In this document: positions 41,345 through 54,321 of the stretch, piece by piece
How the letters are laid out: every line of letters starts with the position of its first letter
Numbering within the stretch: the stretch's first letter is position 1
Source: Eledone cirrhosa
Lineage: Eukaryota
Assembly: GCA_964016885.1 (NCBI GenBank)
Contig: OZ024740.1
Span: forward strand, 271,126,001-271,190,000
Length of the DNA: 64,000 bases
Direction: 5' to 3'
Translations under genes and position numbers: made by a program
The notes under the pieces: generated by a model
Told to the model about the DNA's origin: nothing
Databases searched by the model: none
What the model saw: the letters and a program-made list of their open reading frames with translations, nothing else

Positions 41345-43030
41345 CTGTGTATGTGGGGGGTGTATGTGTGTGTGTATTTGTGTGTGCGCGTGTGTGTGTG
41401 TGTGTTTGTTTCTGTGTGTTTGTGTTCAAGTCTGTGTCTTTGTGTATTTGCGTGTATGTTTGTGTGTGTGTTTATATTCGAGTGTGTGTGTGTCCATACA
41501 TATGTACGTGAGTGCATGCATATGTGTGCGTGTGTATGTGTGTATGTGTGTGAATGTGTGTGTATGTGTGTGTGTTTGTGTATGTATATTCGAGTCTGTG
41601 TGCTTGTGTATTTGTGTGTATATTTGTGTGTGTGTGTGTTTGTGTGTGTATTTGTGTCCGAGTGTGTATGTATTGTGTGCGTTTATATGTGTGTGTGTGT
41701 ATTTGTGTGTGTACGTTTATGTGTGTGTGTGTGTGTGTGTGTGCAGATGTGTGTGTGTGTGTGTGTGCAGATGTGTGTGTGTATGTGTGTGTGCATGCAT
41801 ATGTGTGCGTGTGTATGTGCACGCATATGTTTCTGTGCGTGTTCGAGTCTGTGCTTGTGTATTTGTGTGTGTGTGTGTGTGTTTGTTTCTGTGTGTTTGT
41901 TTCTGTATTTGTGTTCGAGTCTGTGTCTTTGTGTATTTGTGTGTGTGTGTATATTCGAGTGTGTGTGTGTGTGTGCATACATATGTATGTGAGTGCATGC
42001 ATATGTGTGCGTGTGTATGTGTCTATGTGTGTGTAGTGTATGTATATTCGAGTCTGTGTGCTTATGTATTTGTGTGTATATTTGTGTGTGTGTGTTTGTG
42101 TTCAAGTCAGTGTGTGGTTTGTGTGCGTTTATATGTGTGTGTTTGTGTGTGTGTATTTGTGTATGTGTGTTTGTGTGTATACGTTTCTCTGTATGTGTGT
42201 GTTTGTTTCTGTGTGTTTGTGTTCGAGTATGTGTCTTTGTGTATGTGTGTGTGTGTTTGTGTATGTGTGTGTCTGTATATTCGAGTGTGTGTGTGCATAC
42301 ATATGTATGTGTGTGCGTGCATATGTGTGCGTGTGTATGTGTGCGCGTGTGTATGTTTGTATATGTATATTCGAGTCAGTGTACTTGTGTATTTGTGTAT
42401 TTGTGTGTGTGTCTGTGTGTGTCTGTGTGTGTCTGTGTGTGTCTGTGTGTGTGTGTGTTTCTCTGTGTGCATGTGTGTGTTTGCATACACATGTGTGTGT
42501 GTGCATGCATATATGTGCGTGTGTATATGCACGGATATGTTTCTGTGCGTGTTCGAGTCTGTGTGTTTGTGTATTTGTGTGTGTGTGTGTTTGTGTTCAA
42601 GTCTGTGTGCGTTTTGTGTGCGTTTATATGTGTGTGTTTGTGTGTGTATTTGTGTTCGAGTGTGTGTGCGTTTTGTGTGCGTTTGTCTGTGTGTGTTTGT
42701 GTGTTTACGATTCTGTGTGTGTGTGTGTGTGTATGCATACATATGTGTGTGTGCATACATATATGTGTGTATGTGTGCATGCATATGTGTGCGTGTGTAT
42801 GTGCACGCACGCATGTTTCTGTGTGTGTGTGTGTGTGTGTGCATACATATGTGTGTGTGTGTGTGTGTGCATGCATATGTGTGCGTGTGTATGTGCACGC
42901 ATGTTTCTGTGTGTCTGTGTGTGTGTGTGTGTGTGTGTGCACACATATGTGTGTGCGTGTGTGTGTGTGTGTGCATGCATATGTGTGCGCGTATATGCGC
43001 ATGCATATGTTTCTGTGCGTGGGTGTCTAT
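41290..43030. repeat. Degenerate GT-rich compound satellite
   Basis: (GT)n interrupted by recurring TTCGAGT, GCATGCATAT and TTTCTGTG blocks. Confidence 0.9.
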
Positions 43031-43484
43031 CTGCGTACACTTTACTAATGTATCATCAAAGAAACATTTATTGTAGTTTGTACGAATGAAGTCTCGAGGG
43101 AAACAGTAAAGTTAATGTATATTAAATAAAGCGAATACATACCATTGATTTGCAGAGAAACATATTTCAGAAGGATTGTTGCATTGTTCGTGGTGTTGTC
43201 ATTGTTCTGTAATTTTTAGAGTTTAGCTTTCGATTCTTTCATCCAGTCACGTTGAGTGACAATGTAAGTGTGAAAAATATCTATATAAACTAATCATAGA
43301 AAAGCATGATTAATTTATTCCATTTTCATAGCGAAGCAAAAAGTAATGATTTTTATTAATCTCAAGTTACTGAAAGAAAATAACTTTTTTTTTTTTTGTT
43401 TTGTTTTGTTTTGTTTTGTTTTGTTTTGTTTTGTTTTGTTTTGTTTGGGTTTTTTGTTGTTATTTTACTTGTTGTTTTGTTTTG

Positions 43485-43521
<37 letters not shown>

Positions 43522-43733
43522 TAAAATAACAGATTAAAGTTTAAGCAAAGAATCGCTGCTTTCACCCTTAACGGTTAGTTTCAGAAGATCCCGTTAAGGG
43601 TGAAAGCAGCGATTCTTTGCTTAAACTTTAATCTGTTATTTTAATAAATATTTGCTCTACGGTTTTTATATATTTGATATATATTTTCCTTATCGAGCCC
43701 TCTTTGGATTTTAGTCTTCAATTTTATTATTAT

Positions 43734-43804
<71 letters not shown>

Positions 43805-43858
43805 TATGTATACGTACATACATATACAGATGTACAGTTGTATACAGACGTACAGTAG

Positions 43859-43942
<84 letters not shown>

Positions 43943-44289
43943 CATGCACACATATATATATGTACGTATGGATTCACCGAACATTTATTATAATGCTCGG
44001 TGTGTTTGTAAACAAACAACCCGAATTAAGCCGTACAGTGTCTAGCAACCATCGTTGCTCATTTTTTCAACACTCACAAAAGAACGCTGTACTAGTTTCA
44101 AGCTTATTAGCTATCGTCAGCAACGTATACCTTCCTGCCAGATGATTGAACATCTGAAAGTATATACTTTCATTATGCATATTAACGGCTGAGCAGCCTA
44201 ATTTGCATATCGAGTGAGTTAATCGGCCGGGGCACCGAAAACGATAAACGGAAAAAATGAAACGAAATTTCATTTCTCACTCTTAGTAC

Positions 44290-44601
44290 GGCTGATACTT
44301 AAATATAAGTATGTGGTTCCTTGATCTATCTTACTGTGCGATACCTTGAACAAGTGTTTTCCTTTAACCCTCTGATCGATCGAGAAGATCCCACACCTCA
44401 TTCGCTTGCTGAGTGGGGTGGACCTTGTCAAATCTGACCAAATAACAATGTTTCCATTGGTCGTTCCTTTGCTGATACTATCTACCGGTTGCAACTCCTG
44501 GCAGAAAGAGCAACGGACATAATGCATCACCCGTTCCGAGGATTGAACTCGCAACTTCACAATTGCGAATCCAACCCTCTAACCACTAAGCCACGCGCCT
44601 T
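44290..44601 (-). mobile_element. tRNA-headed SINE remnant
   Basis: - strand GGCGCGTGGCTTAGTGGTTAG...GCGAGTTCAATCCTC; 3' boundary uncertain. Confidence 0.6.
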
Positions 44602-44997
44602 ACTTTATAGCATCGGGTTTTTTAATGCTTTGTGTGTAGGATTCAGTAAAGGGACACTGTGTGAAAGCTCATTGTATGCATATATATATAAGAGAGGTGT
44701 GTGTCTGTGTGTGTATGTGTTTGTGTGTGTCTGTCTGTTTGTGTGTGTGCATGCCTGTGTGTGAGTATGTCTATGCCTGTGTGTGTGTGTGCGTATATAT
44801 GTGCGCCTGTGTGTGTGTGCGTATGTCTGTGTGTCTCTGTGTGTGAGTGTGTGAGTGTGTGTGTATTTGTGCCAGTGTGTGTGTATGAGTGTGCCTATAT
44901 GTGTGCCTATATGTGTGCCTATATGTATGCCTATATGTGTGCCTATATGTGTGTCTATATGTCAGCCTGTGTGTGTATGTGTGTGTATGTGTGCGTA

Positions 44998-45079
<82 letters not shown>

Positions 45080-46057
45080 AGTGTGTGTATATGTGTATGT
45101 GTGTGTCTCTATGTGTTTACACACACAGCTGCTGTGCAACTATGCTGGTTTATATATGTTTGTGTATCTATGTCAAGTCACATTATCTAAATTATTGTTT
45201 TTTCATAACTAGTCGGTGTGGTTTAAGATGGACTACGAAAATACCCAACGAAACGACGCCAGTTAATTTGAACAAACGGCCGTTAAGCTTGTTGTCTTAC
45301 ACGATATCAGCTCGGCCATTTTGATAATTCTGTTGTTATTATTAGCTGACCAGTGTGATGTTTCTTTTCCTTACAATAACAACACCTGTACATTAGATCT
45401 AGCTACTCGCATAACTAAACCCCGCAAGAATTACTGCAACCAATTCTTTCTTTCCAGTACTTTAATTCTCTGAAATTCCCTCCGTATCCATGTTTTTTTC
45501 CTACAGATCCTACAGCCTCTTTAAGCTGAACACCAACTGCATTAATCACGTCGGTTACAAATAGCATACAAAGAACATGATCTCGGCTCTTCTACCGTTA
45601 TCTTTTTAAATTAATATATAGCGAGCCTGAGCTATGAAAATTCATAGAGGTCGTAATTTATCCCATTTTATTCCTTCACAGATTACATTTCTCATTATTT
45701 AGGGAATGTCTGGGGGTGGATTAGTAGCATCGGTAGAGCGTCGAATATCGTGCTTTGCGGCATAGAGTTGCGGCCTTTACGTACTGATTTTAAATCCCGC
45801 CGAGGTTAACTTTGCCTTTCATCATTACGAGGTTGATAAAATAAAGTAGCAGTAACACATTGAACTCAGTTTAATCCACCACCCCCACCCACCCACCCAA
45901 CCCCACCCCTCACCCCCACACACACACACTCACCAAAAAATGCGATGATTGCATAATCCAAGGCCAGTTATGACCGAAGGAGACCCTTTCCTTTTTTTCT
46001 TTTCCTTTCATCTTCTGAGTAGAAGATATTTCAAATTTCACTTTCTACATTTTGCAG

Positions 46058-46186
46058 TTGATCCGGTCATACCTTCTAAATGTGTTGACAAAATAAATTG
46101 CCAAAGCTTCGGTATAGCGATTTGTTCTGCACCAGATTTGGCTGGTTGGGTCCAGAAGAACTGTCCTTTGTACTGCCATAATTGTC
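46058..46186 (+). CDS. ShK domain exon
   Basis: VDPVIPSKCVDKINCQSFGIAICSAPDLAGWVQKNCPLYCHNC; TTTTGCAG/GTAAGT, phase 1-1. Confidence 0.92.
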
Positions 46187-46680
46187 GTAAGTAATTCTTA
46201 ACTTTCTAACTCTATCCAATCTTCTATCTGGTTTTCTTTCGTTGTTTCTTTGTATCTTTTATTCACCTATCTATAGATATTTGTATATAAATATTTCTCT
46301 TATTCCTCTTTCTTTTGTCATTGTACACATTTCTTTAATTTTTTCTTGGGTGGGGAACTCACCTGTTTTACTTATATTAATGACACTGGCTAATTTGAGC
46401 TATTTCTCTGAGTAACACTTATTTTAAATTATGCAAATTATACTTGTTAAAATGCTCCGTAATTCTTTTTATACTGGTAAAATCCTGTAAAAATAAATGA
46501 GAATTAAGGTAAGCTTGAGTTGATTAAGATTAATAAGACTAAAGCATATCCCCTTGTCTGTTAACAAAGATCAGATATTTCCCCTGGTTTTGAAAATTAG
46601 ATTCTAGATTTCTTAAAATTATCTCCCCTGTTCCTTCAGAGTCACTAACAATTCAGTACATCTCCATTTATTGATATCTA

Positions 46681-46822
<142 letters not shown>

Positions 46823-46831
46823 TTGGGGATG

Positions 46832-46871
<40 letters not shown>

Positions 46872-46886
46872 GAAAGAGAGATACGT

Positions 46887-47000
<114 letters not shown>

Positions 47001-47233
47001 ATGTGTGTGTTTGTGTGTGGGTGTGCCTGTATGTGTGTATTTGTGTATGTGTAATGACTCTGGTGTTATATTAATGTTGAGTTTATGTTGAATCTATAAA
47101 TATGAAATCTACTAAAAAGGAAATATGGTACAACAATATTTTGATTAGTTATATTAGATGTAATAAGGAATATAATTTCAGAGACAACAAAATTCACAAC
47201 ATATTTAAAACAATACACACACACACACACACA

Positions 47234-48647
<1,414 letters not shown>

Positions 48648-48740
48648 CATACATAAACATACATACATACATGCCTGCATACATACATACGTACGTACAT
48701 ACATACCTACATCCATGCATACATAAACATACATACATAT

Positions 48741-49347
48741 ATGGTGGCTGCCAACTCGTTTTCGAGTACGGCCACTACTTTATATCCATGTAGGAGAACC
48801 CCCACCGATGCGCTGAACGAGTGTGACTTCTTAGTCCAGCCAGCGACTTGAAAACTCTGGTACAAACACTACACTTGTGACAATTATTGACACAGTGCTG
48901 GGCCCATGGTACCATATGACGACAAGTGCAGAGAGATCTCCAGATATAAAGCAATGCCTGTGCTGTGAAGCTTTTATAGTGAGCAAAGGCACTGCACAAA
49001 GCCAGTCCCACTCTCTTAACCAAGATGATATTTACCAAAAAGAAGAACAAGTCAACATCATTGGATACCATCAGAGTTGCATGTGTTATATCAGAGTTTT
49101 CCTTCTCCTAGAATTCTGCCTTGACAAAGGCTAAGGGGTCATCTCTACCGGTGATTTTGGATGGCCATTGACTCTTAAGAGCTCCTTTGCCCTTTGACAG
49201 GTTTTGTTTTTCTTCCTGCAGGATGTCCAAAGTCACCCTCCTCACCAAGAAACCTTGGTGGGGTTGCCAGTTTAGTCGCCAACGACCCGACCATGAGTCA
49301 GGTTGTACTGGGATACATGTTACCAGTAGCACCAACTGGTGACCTGA
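48741..49347 (-). mobile_element. Non-autonomous RTE-derived element, longest copy
   Basis: 3' part encodes CSVCTRVFKSLAGLRSHTRSAH (C2H2 finger); TACA arrays on both sides. Confidence 0.78.
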
Positions 49348-49552
49348 CATACATATATACATACATACGTACATACATACATCCATACTTACATACATAT
49401 ATACATACATGCATACAAACATAAATACATACATAAATACATACAAACATAAATACATACATACGTACATACATACATAAACATACATGCATACATACAT
49501 ACATACATACATACATACATACATACATACATACATACATACATACATACAT

Positions 49553-49703
49553 ACAATAACATCCATATCTACACATGCATGCATACATACATATCTACCT
49601 AGTTGATGTTGTGTAAATTCCAATGAGAGAGTCTTGTGTCTATGTTAGAAACCGACTCTCTCTCTATTGGTAAAACTTTGTGAAATTATAAAACCAGAAG
49701 AAC
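49553..49703 (+). mobile_element. Short 3' UTR-only copy of Dong-like family B
   Basis: Repeats 48497-48647 (GAGAGAGTCTTGTGTCTATGTTAGAAACCGACTCTCTC...AAACCAGAAGAA) between TACA arrays. Confidence 0.85.
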
Positions 49704-50087
49704 ATACATACATACATACATACATACATGAACATACATATTTACATACAAACTTACATATATACAAACATACTTACATACATAAATACATTCATACATA
49801 CATAAATGCATACAAACATAAATACATACATACTTACATACATATTTATTTACAGTCCTTGAAATTCAGATGTCATTTATTGTATATATTACACTATAAG
49901 GTTGTTGGTTTGTTTTTGGTTTTGTGGGTGAGTGGGGGCATTTATTTTCTCATTTCTGTAATTTCATTGCATTTTATTTTATTCCTAATCATTTTTCTTT
50001 GCAATTTTTTAAACACAGGTAATTAGATTTTGCTTAGACGCAACGTGTCATTGAAATTTAATTTTTGATATTTCTCCAATATTTCAG

Positions 50088-50111
50088 CAACTCCCGCTGT
50101 TCCACAGAATG
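50088..50111 (+). CDS. 24-nt linker microexon (PTPAVPQN)
   Basis: TTTCAG acceptor, GTGAGT donor, phase 1-1. Confidence 0.8.
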
Positions 50112-50381
50112 GTGAGTATCATATTTTGTTCGGAATTGATTCTGTTTTAGCTTGAAAAGAATAATCTAGATTTCAACATGGTAAGAAAGCATATAAGAAT
50201 CAATGACATTGAATATTTCTAAAATGATAGAATGCGTGTTTATTAACATCTCGTGAAATAGAATGTGTTTATTAACACCTTTTGAAATAGAATGTTAAGA
50301 GATTAATTCGGGGAGGTGACAGCAAATTATCAAATGGAAATAGACCAATAATTATATAATTATTTTGAAAAGTAAGAACTA

Positions 50382-50513
50382 CAGTGGATCCTCGGTTCGC
50401 GAACTGAATTCGTTCCTGAAGACTGTTCGTCATATAAAATCTTCGAAAGCCGAAACTATTTTTCTCAAACGAAATGTTGAGAGAGAAATACAATAAGAGA
50501 GATAGAGATAGAA

Positions 50514-50597
<84 letters not shown>

Positions 50598-50809
50598 TGA
50601 AAGACAGATAGATATCACCATAGTAACTAACAACATAGCAAGTGAGACTTTCCCAACGATACTCCAAGCTTGTTGCCAACCCTTGTTGTCGGCTTGTGTA
50701 TTCGTTACTCGAGACACAGTTCGTGAGCCGAGACGGTTTATGTTCCGAAAAATTATTCGTGAATCGGTTTTTTCGTGATGAGAAACTATGGTGAACCGAG
50801 GTTCCACTG
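50382..50809. mobile_element. pogo/Tigger-like MITE
   Basis: TIR CAGTGGAwCCTCGGTTC...GAACCGAGGTTCCACTG with TA flanks. Confidence 0.85.
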
Positions 50810-51104
50810 TATTCTATGAAAATTGCTACTTCAAAATGAGTACTGCTATTTTCAGTGGTACACACTATCTGCCGCCTGGCTGCAAACATTTTTACCATAT
50901 CCCTGGTCTGAGGATAACTGAATCTATTCACGCACTATAACGTTTCGCAGCAACCTATAAATCATTTTTGTACGTGTGCTCCGGTTTATAGGGAATAAAT
51001 AGATATTCTGTGAGAATTCATACGTTTTAAGGCCTTTATGTTTGATATTAACGACCTGGAATTGAAACCGCTGTATGCGTTTTAATCTGATATGTTAACT
51101 TCTA

Positions 51105-51432
51105 GTGAAGGCGTGTGGCTTTGTGGCTAAGGTATTCTGCTCACGATCGTAAGGTCATGAGTTCGATTCCCGGCAATGCGCCGTGTCCTTGATCAAGGTA
51201 CTTTATTTCACGTTGCTCCAGTCCACTCTATTGGGGAAACTTAGTTGTAACTGTAATTCGAAGATGCAGCCTTGTCACATTTTCTGTCACGTTGAATCTC
51301 TCAGAGAACTACGTTAAGAGTACGCGTGTTTGAGGAATACTCAGCCACTTGTATATTAATTTCACGAGCAGGCTGTTCCGTTGATCGTATCAACTGGAAC
51401 ACTCGTCGTCGTAACCGACGGAGTGCCACTAA
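51105..51432 (+). mobile_element. Second tRNA-derived SINE family
   Basis: GTGGCTTTGTGG A-box, GAGTTCGATTCCC B-box, GTGTCCTTGATCAAG body; TSD TTAACTTCTA. Confidence 0.8.
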
Positions 51433-51585
51433 TTAACTTCTACTCTTTGATGCTTGTCAAATATTTTCTCGATAAATAGAAACCATAAAATATCATTATC
51501 GATTCAATTTATCCCTTGTGTATGTGTTTCAACACCATAGATAATAGTTTTATGCTTTGTTATCAACCAAAACGCAATTCCTGTC

Positions 51586-52179
51586 AGTGGATTGGCAGTA
51601 TCGGTAGAGGGTTGGACACCATGCTTTTGCAGCATAGAGTTACGTCCTTTTACGGCTTGAGTTCAAATCCCGCCGAGGCTAACTTTGCCTTTTATCCTAA
51701 CGGGGTCGATAAAATAAAGCACCAGTAATGCACTGAGGTAATTGCTGGCCTTGTGCCTATAGTAGAAACAATTATTAATTTGTGTCAATTTACATGCGAA
51801 ACATAACTAAATAATCCCTTCATTTTTAACTTTTTTAACATTCAAAATACGCCGATACATGTAAATGTACAAACATGGATGATACCTCTCAGAACCATCT
51901 TGCCTATACTCTTATTATAAAGCAAATATGATTTATACGAAATCTCAGTGAATATTTAAATTTCTGTTATAAAATGAATTGTTTTAATAGTAGTTTCTAC
52001 TTTAGGCACAAGGCCAGCAATTAAATCAGTGTATTACTGGTACTTTATTTTATCGACCCCGTAAGGATGAAAGGCAAAGCTAACCTCGGCGGGATTTGAA
52101 CTCAAACTGTAAAGGGGCGTAACTCTATGCTGGAAAGCATGGCGTCCTACCCTCTACCGATACTGCCAATCCACCGCCC
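51586..52179. mobile_element. Opposite-orientation SINE pair (51586-51778 +, 51988-52179 -)
   Basis: Both match consensus; second has TSD TGTTTTAATAGTA. Confidence 0.88.
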
Positions 52180-52297
52180 TGTTTTAATAGTATTTCAATT
52201 GTATAATAGTATTTCAATATTTGTTGTCTAGATGTTTATTTCACATTAATTATGCCAATCTCTTCTAATGGATAGATTTAATCATTAATATTTCCAG

Positions 52298-52412
52298 GGG
52301 CTTGCTTAGTTGGTTCCAAAGTTTTTAAAGTTGGAGAAACGTGGCAAGAAACGTGTTCAATGACTTGCGTCTGTGAAGATGGCTTAAGAGGAATTGCTAG
52401 ATGTTATGACAA
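52298..52412 (+). CDS. vWC repeat 3, N-half
   Basis: GACLVGSKVFKVGETWQETCSMTCVCEDGLRGIARCYDK; TTTCCAG/GTAAGT, phase 1-2. Confidence 0.92.
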
Positions 52413-52433
52413 GTAAGTTATTTTTATTTTATC

Positions 52434-52470
<37 letters not shown>

Positions 52471-52943
52471 TCCCCAAAAAATGTATACACAATAAGATCT
52501 GTAAAAAGAGCATGAAAATAAATTTTGATTTATATGCATTATTTAAATTATGTAAGCATTTTTGAGCGTTTCCATACAATTGAATTATGTGTGTAGATCA
52601 ATTTATTTTTGGGAAAGGCTGTGCATTCTAATAAATATTGCCTGTACAGGTAATCAAAGTGAGTATACATTTATGGGGACAACTTGTATGTATATATATG
52701 TATATTTATATATATATATATACGTCCCCAGAGAGTCACGAACAAAAACAAGCAACCTCTTAGCCTTTGATCCAGTGAAACATCCAGGACCTGACAACTG
52801 GAAGGGGAGAGAGATGCACCAGCACTGGGCTGTTGCTTGTTTAACCCTCACAAAGGCAAAGTGGACCACAATGGGATTTGACAAGATAAACAGGCAGTTG
52901 TCTGTTGGCCTTATGTAACTATTTTTGTGTGCATTTTCTGCTC

Positions 52944-53089
<146 letters not shown>

Positions 53090-53141
53090 GAGTCGGGGCC
53101 CGACGACTGAGCTTCTGCCGTATCGACAGCAAATTCCATAT

Positions 53142-53247
<106 letters not shown>

Positions 53248-54098
53248 ACAAAATAAATTTTGAAGAAGACCTGCCAGTTAGACTGATTGCTCCATCTAAA
53301 TCAGATATTGGAGTAATCAGTAAGAATATTATTGATAGAATTCTACCTATTTTGAAATTGAGGTCTAAATTGAGCTTGTGGAAGGACACCAATGAAGTGA
53401 TTGTTTGGTATAAAAATATAGATGATAAGAAAAACCATAAATTCATCCAGATGGACATAACAAGCTATTACTCTTCCATTACGCCTAACCTACAAAATAA
53501 GGCTTTATCCTACGCTTACAAAGATACAGATCTAACTACGGATGAAATCGATATCATATTAACTGCTAGAAGAACTCTAATTAATTTCAACAATGAGTAT
53601 TGGATCCGCTCAGATATAAATAGAAACTTTGACATTACCATGAGATCATCGGACTCAGCACAAGTCACGGATCTTCTGGGGATTTTCATCTTAAATATGG
53701 TAAATAGAAAACTGCCGGAGATTACCGGTGGTTTATATAGGGACGATATTTTATTTACGGTTGTCAAACACAGCAATACAGAACTAAATAGGGTTAAGAA
53801 AAATATAATTGAATTCTTTTTAAAATTACGACCTTAAATTAGAGGTTGAAAGTGGTACCAAAATAGTTAATTTCCTTGATGTTACCCTTAACTTAAACTC
53901 TGGTTTTTATTACCCTTTCCATAAGGCCAATGAAAACTTAAATTACGTTAGTTATTACTCTAATCACCCTAAATCTGTGAAAAATGGTATTGTCAATAGT
54001 GTACAGAAACGCATAACTAGAATATCTGCGAATAAATCAATATTTGATGAAAAAGCAGGATATTACAATGATGCGCTAAGAAAGGCAGGTTATAAAAA

Positions 54099-54321
54099 TA
54101 ATTGTTTCTACTTTAGGCACAAGGCCAGCAATTACCCAGTGCATTACTGGTACTTTATTTTATCGACCCCGTAAGGATGAAAGGCAAAGTCAACCTCGGC
54201 GGGATTTGAAATCAGATCGTAAAGGGACGTAACTATGCTGGAAAGCATGGCGTCCGACCCTCTACCGATACTGCCAATCCACCGCCCTCTACCGACCCTC
54301 TACCGATACTGCCAATCCACC
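54099..54321 (-). mobile_element. Main-family SINE inside the Penelope-like ORF
   Basis: 18-bp TSD GCAGGTTATAAAAATAAT (54085-54102/54322-54339); duplicated 5' end. Confidence 0.92.

Noticed and set aside
41166-43089. Long Cys/Val- or His/Thr-rich ORFs (up to 595 aa), and YIYI/SLSL ORFs elsewhere
   Set aside because: Translations of stop-free microsatellites; no domain or splice support.
49255-49347. HDV-like ribozyme at the 5' end of the RTE-derived element
   Set aside because: CCAGT...CTAA-ACTGG gives a possible P2/J4-2, but I could not build convincing P1, P3 and L3; needs an RNArobo/Infernal search.
51105-51180. tRNA gene
   Set aside because: A and B boxes are present but no complete cloverleaf; it continues into a SINE body with TSD.
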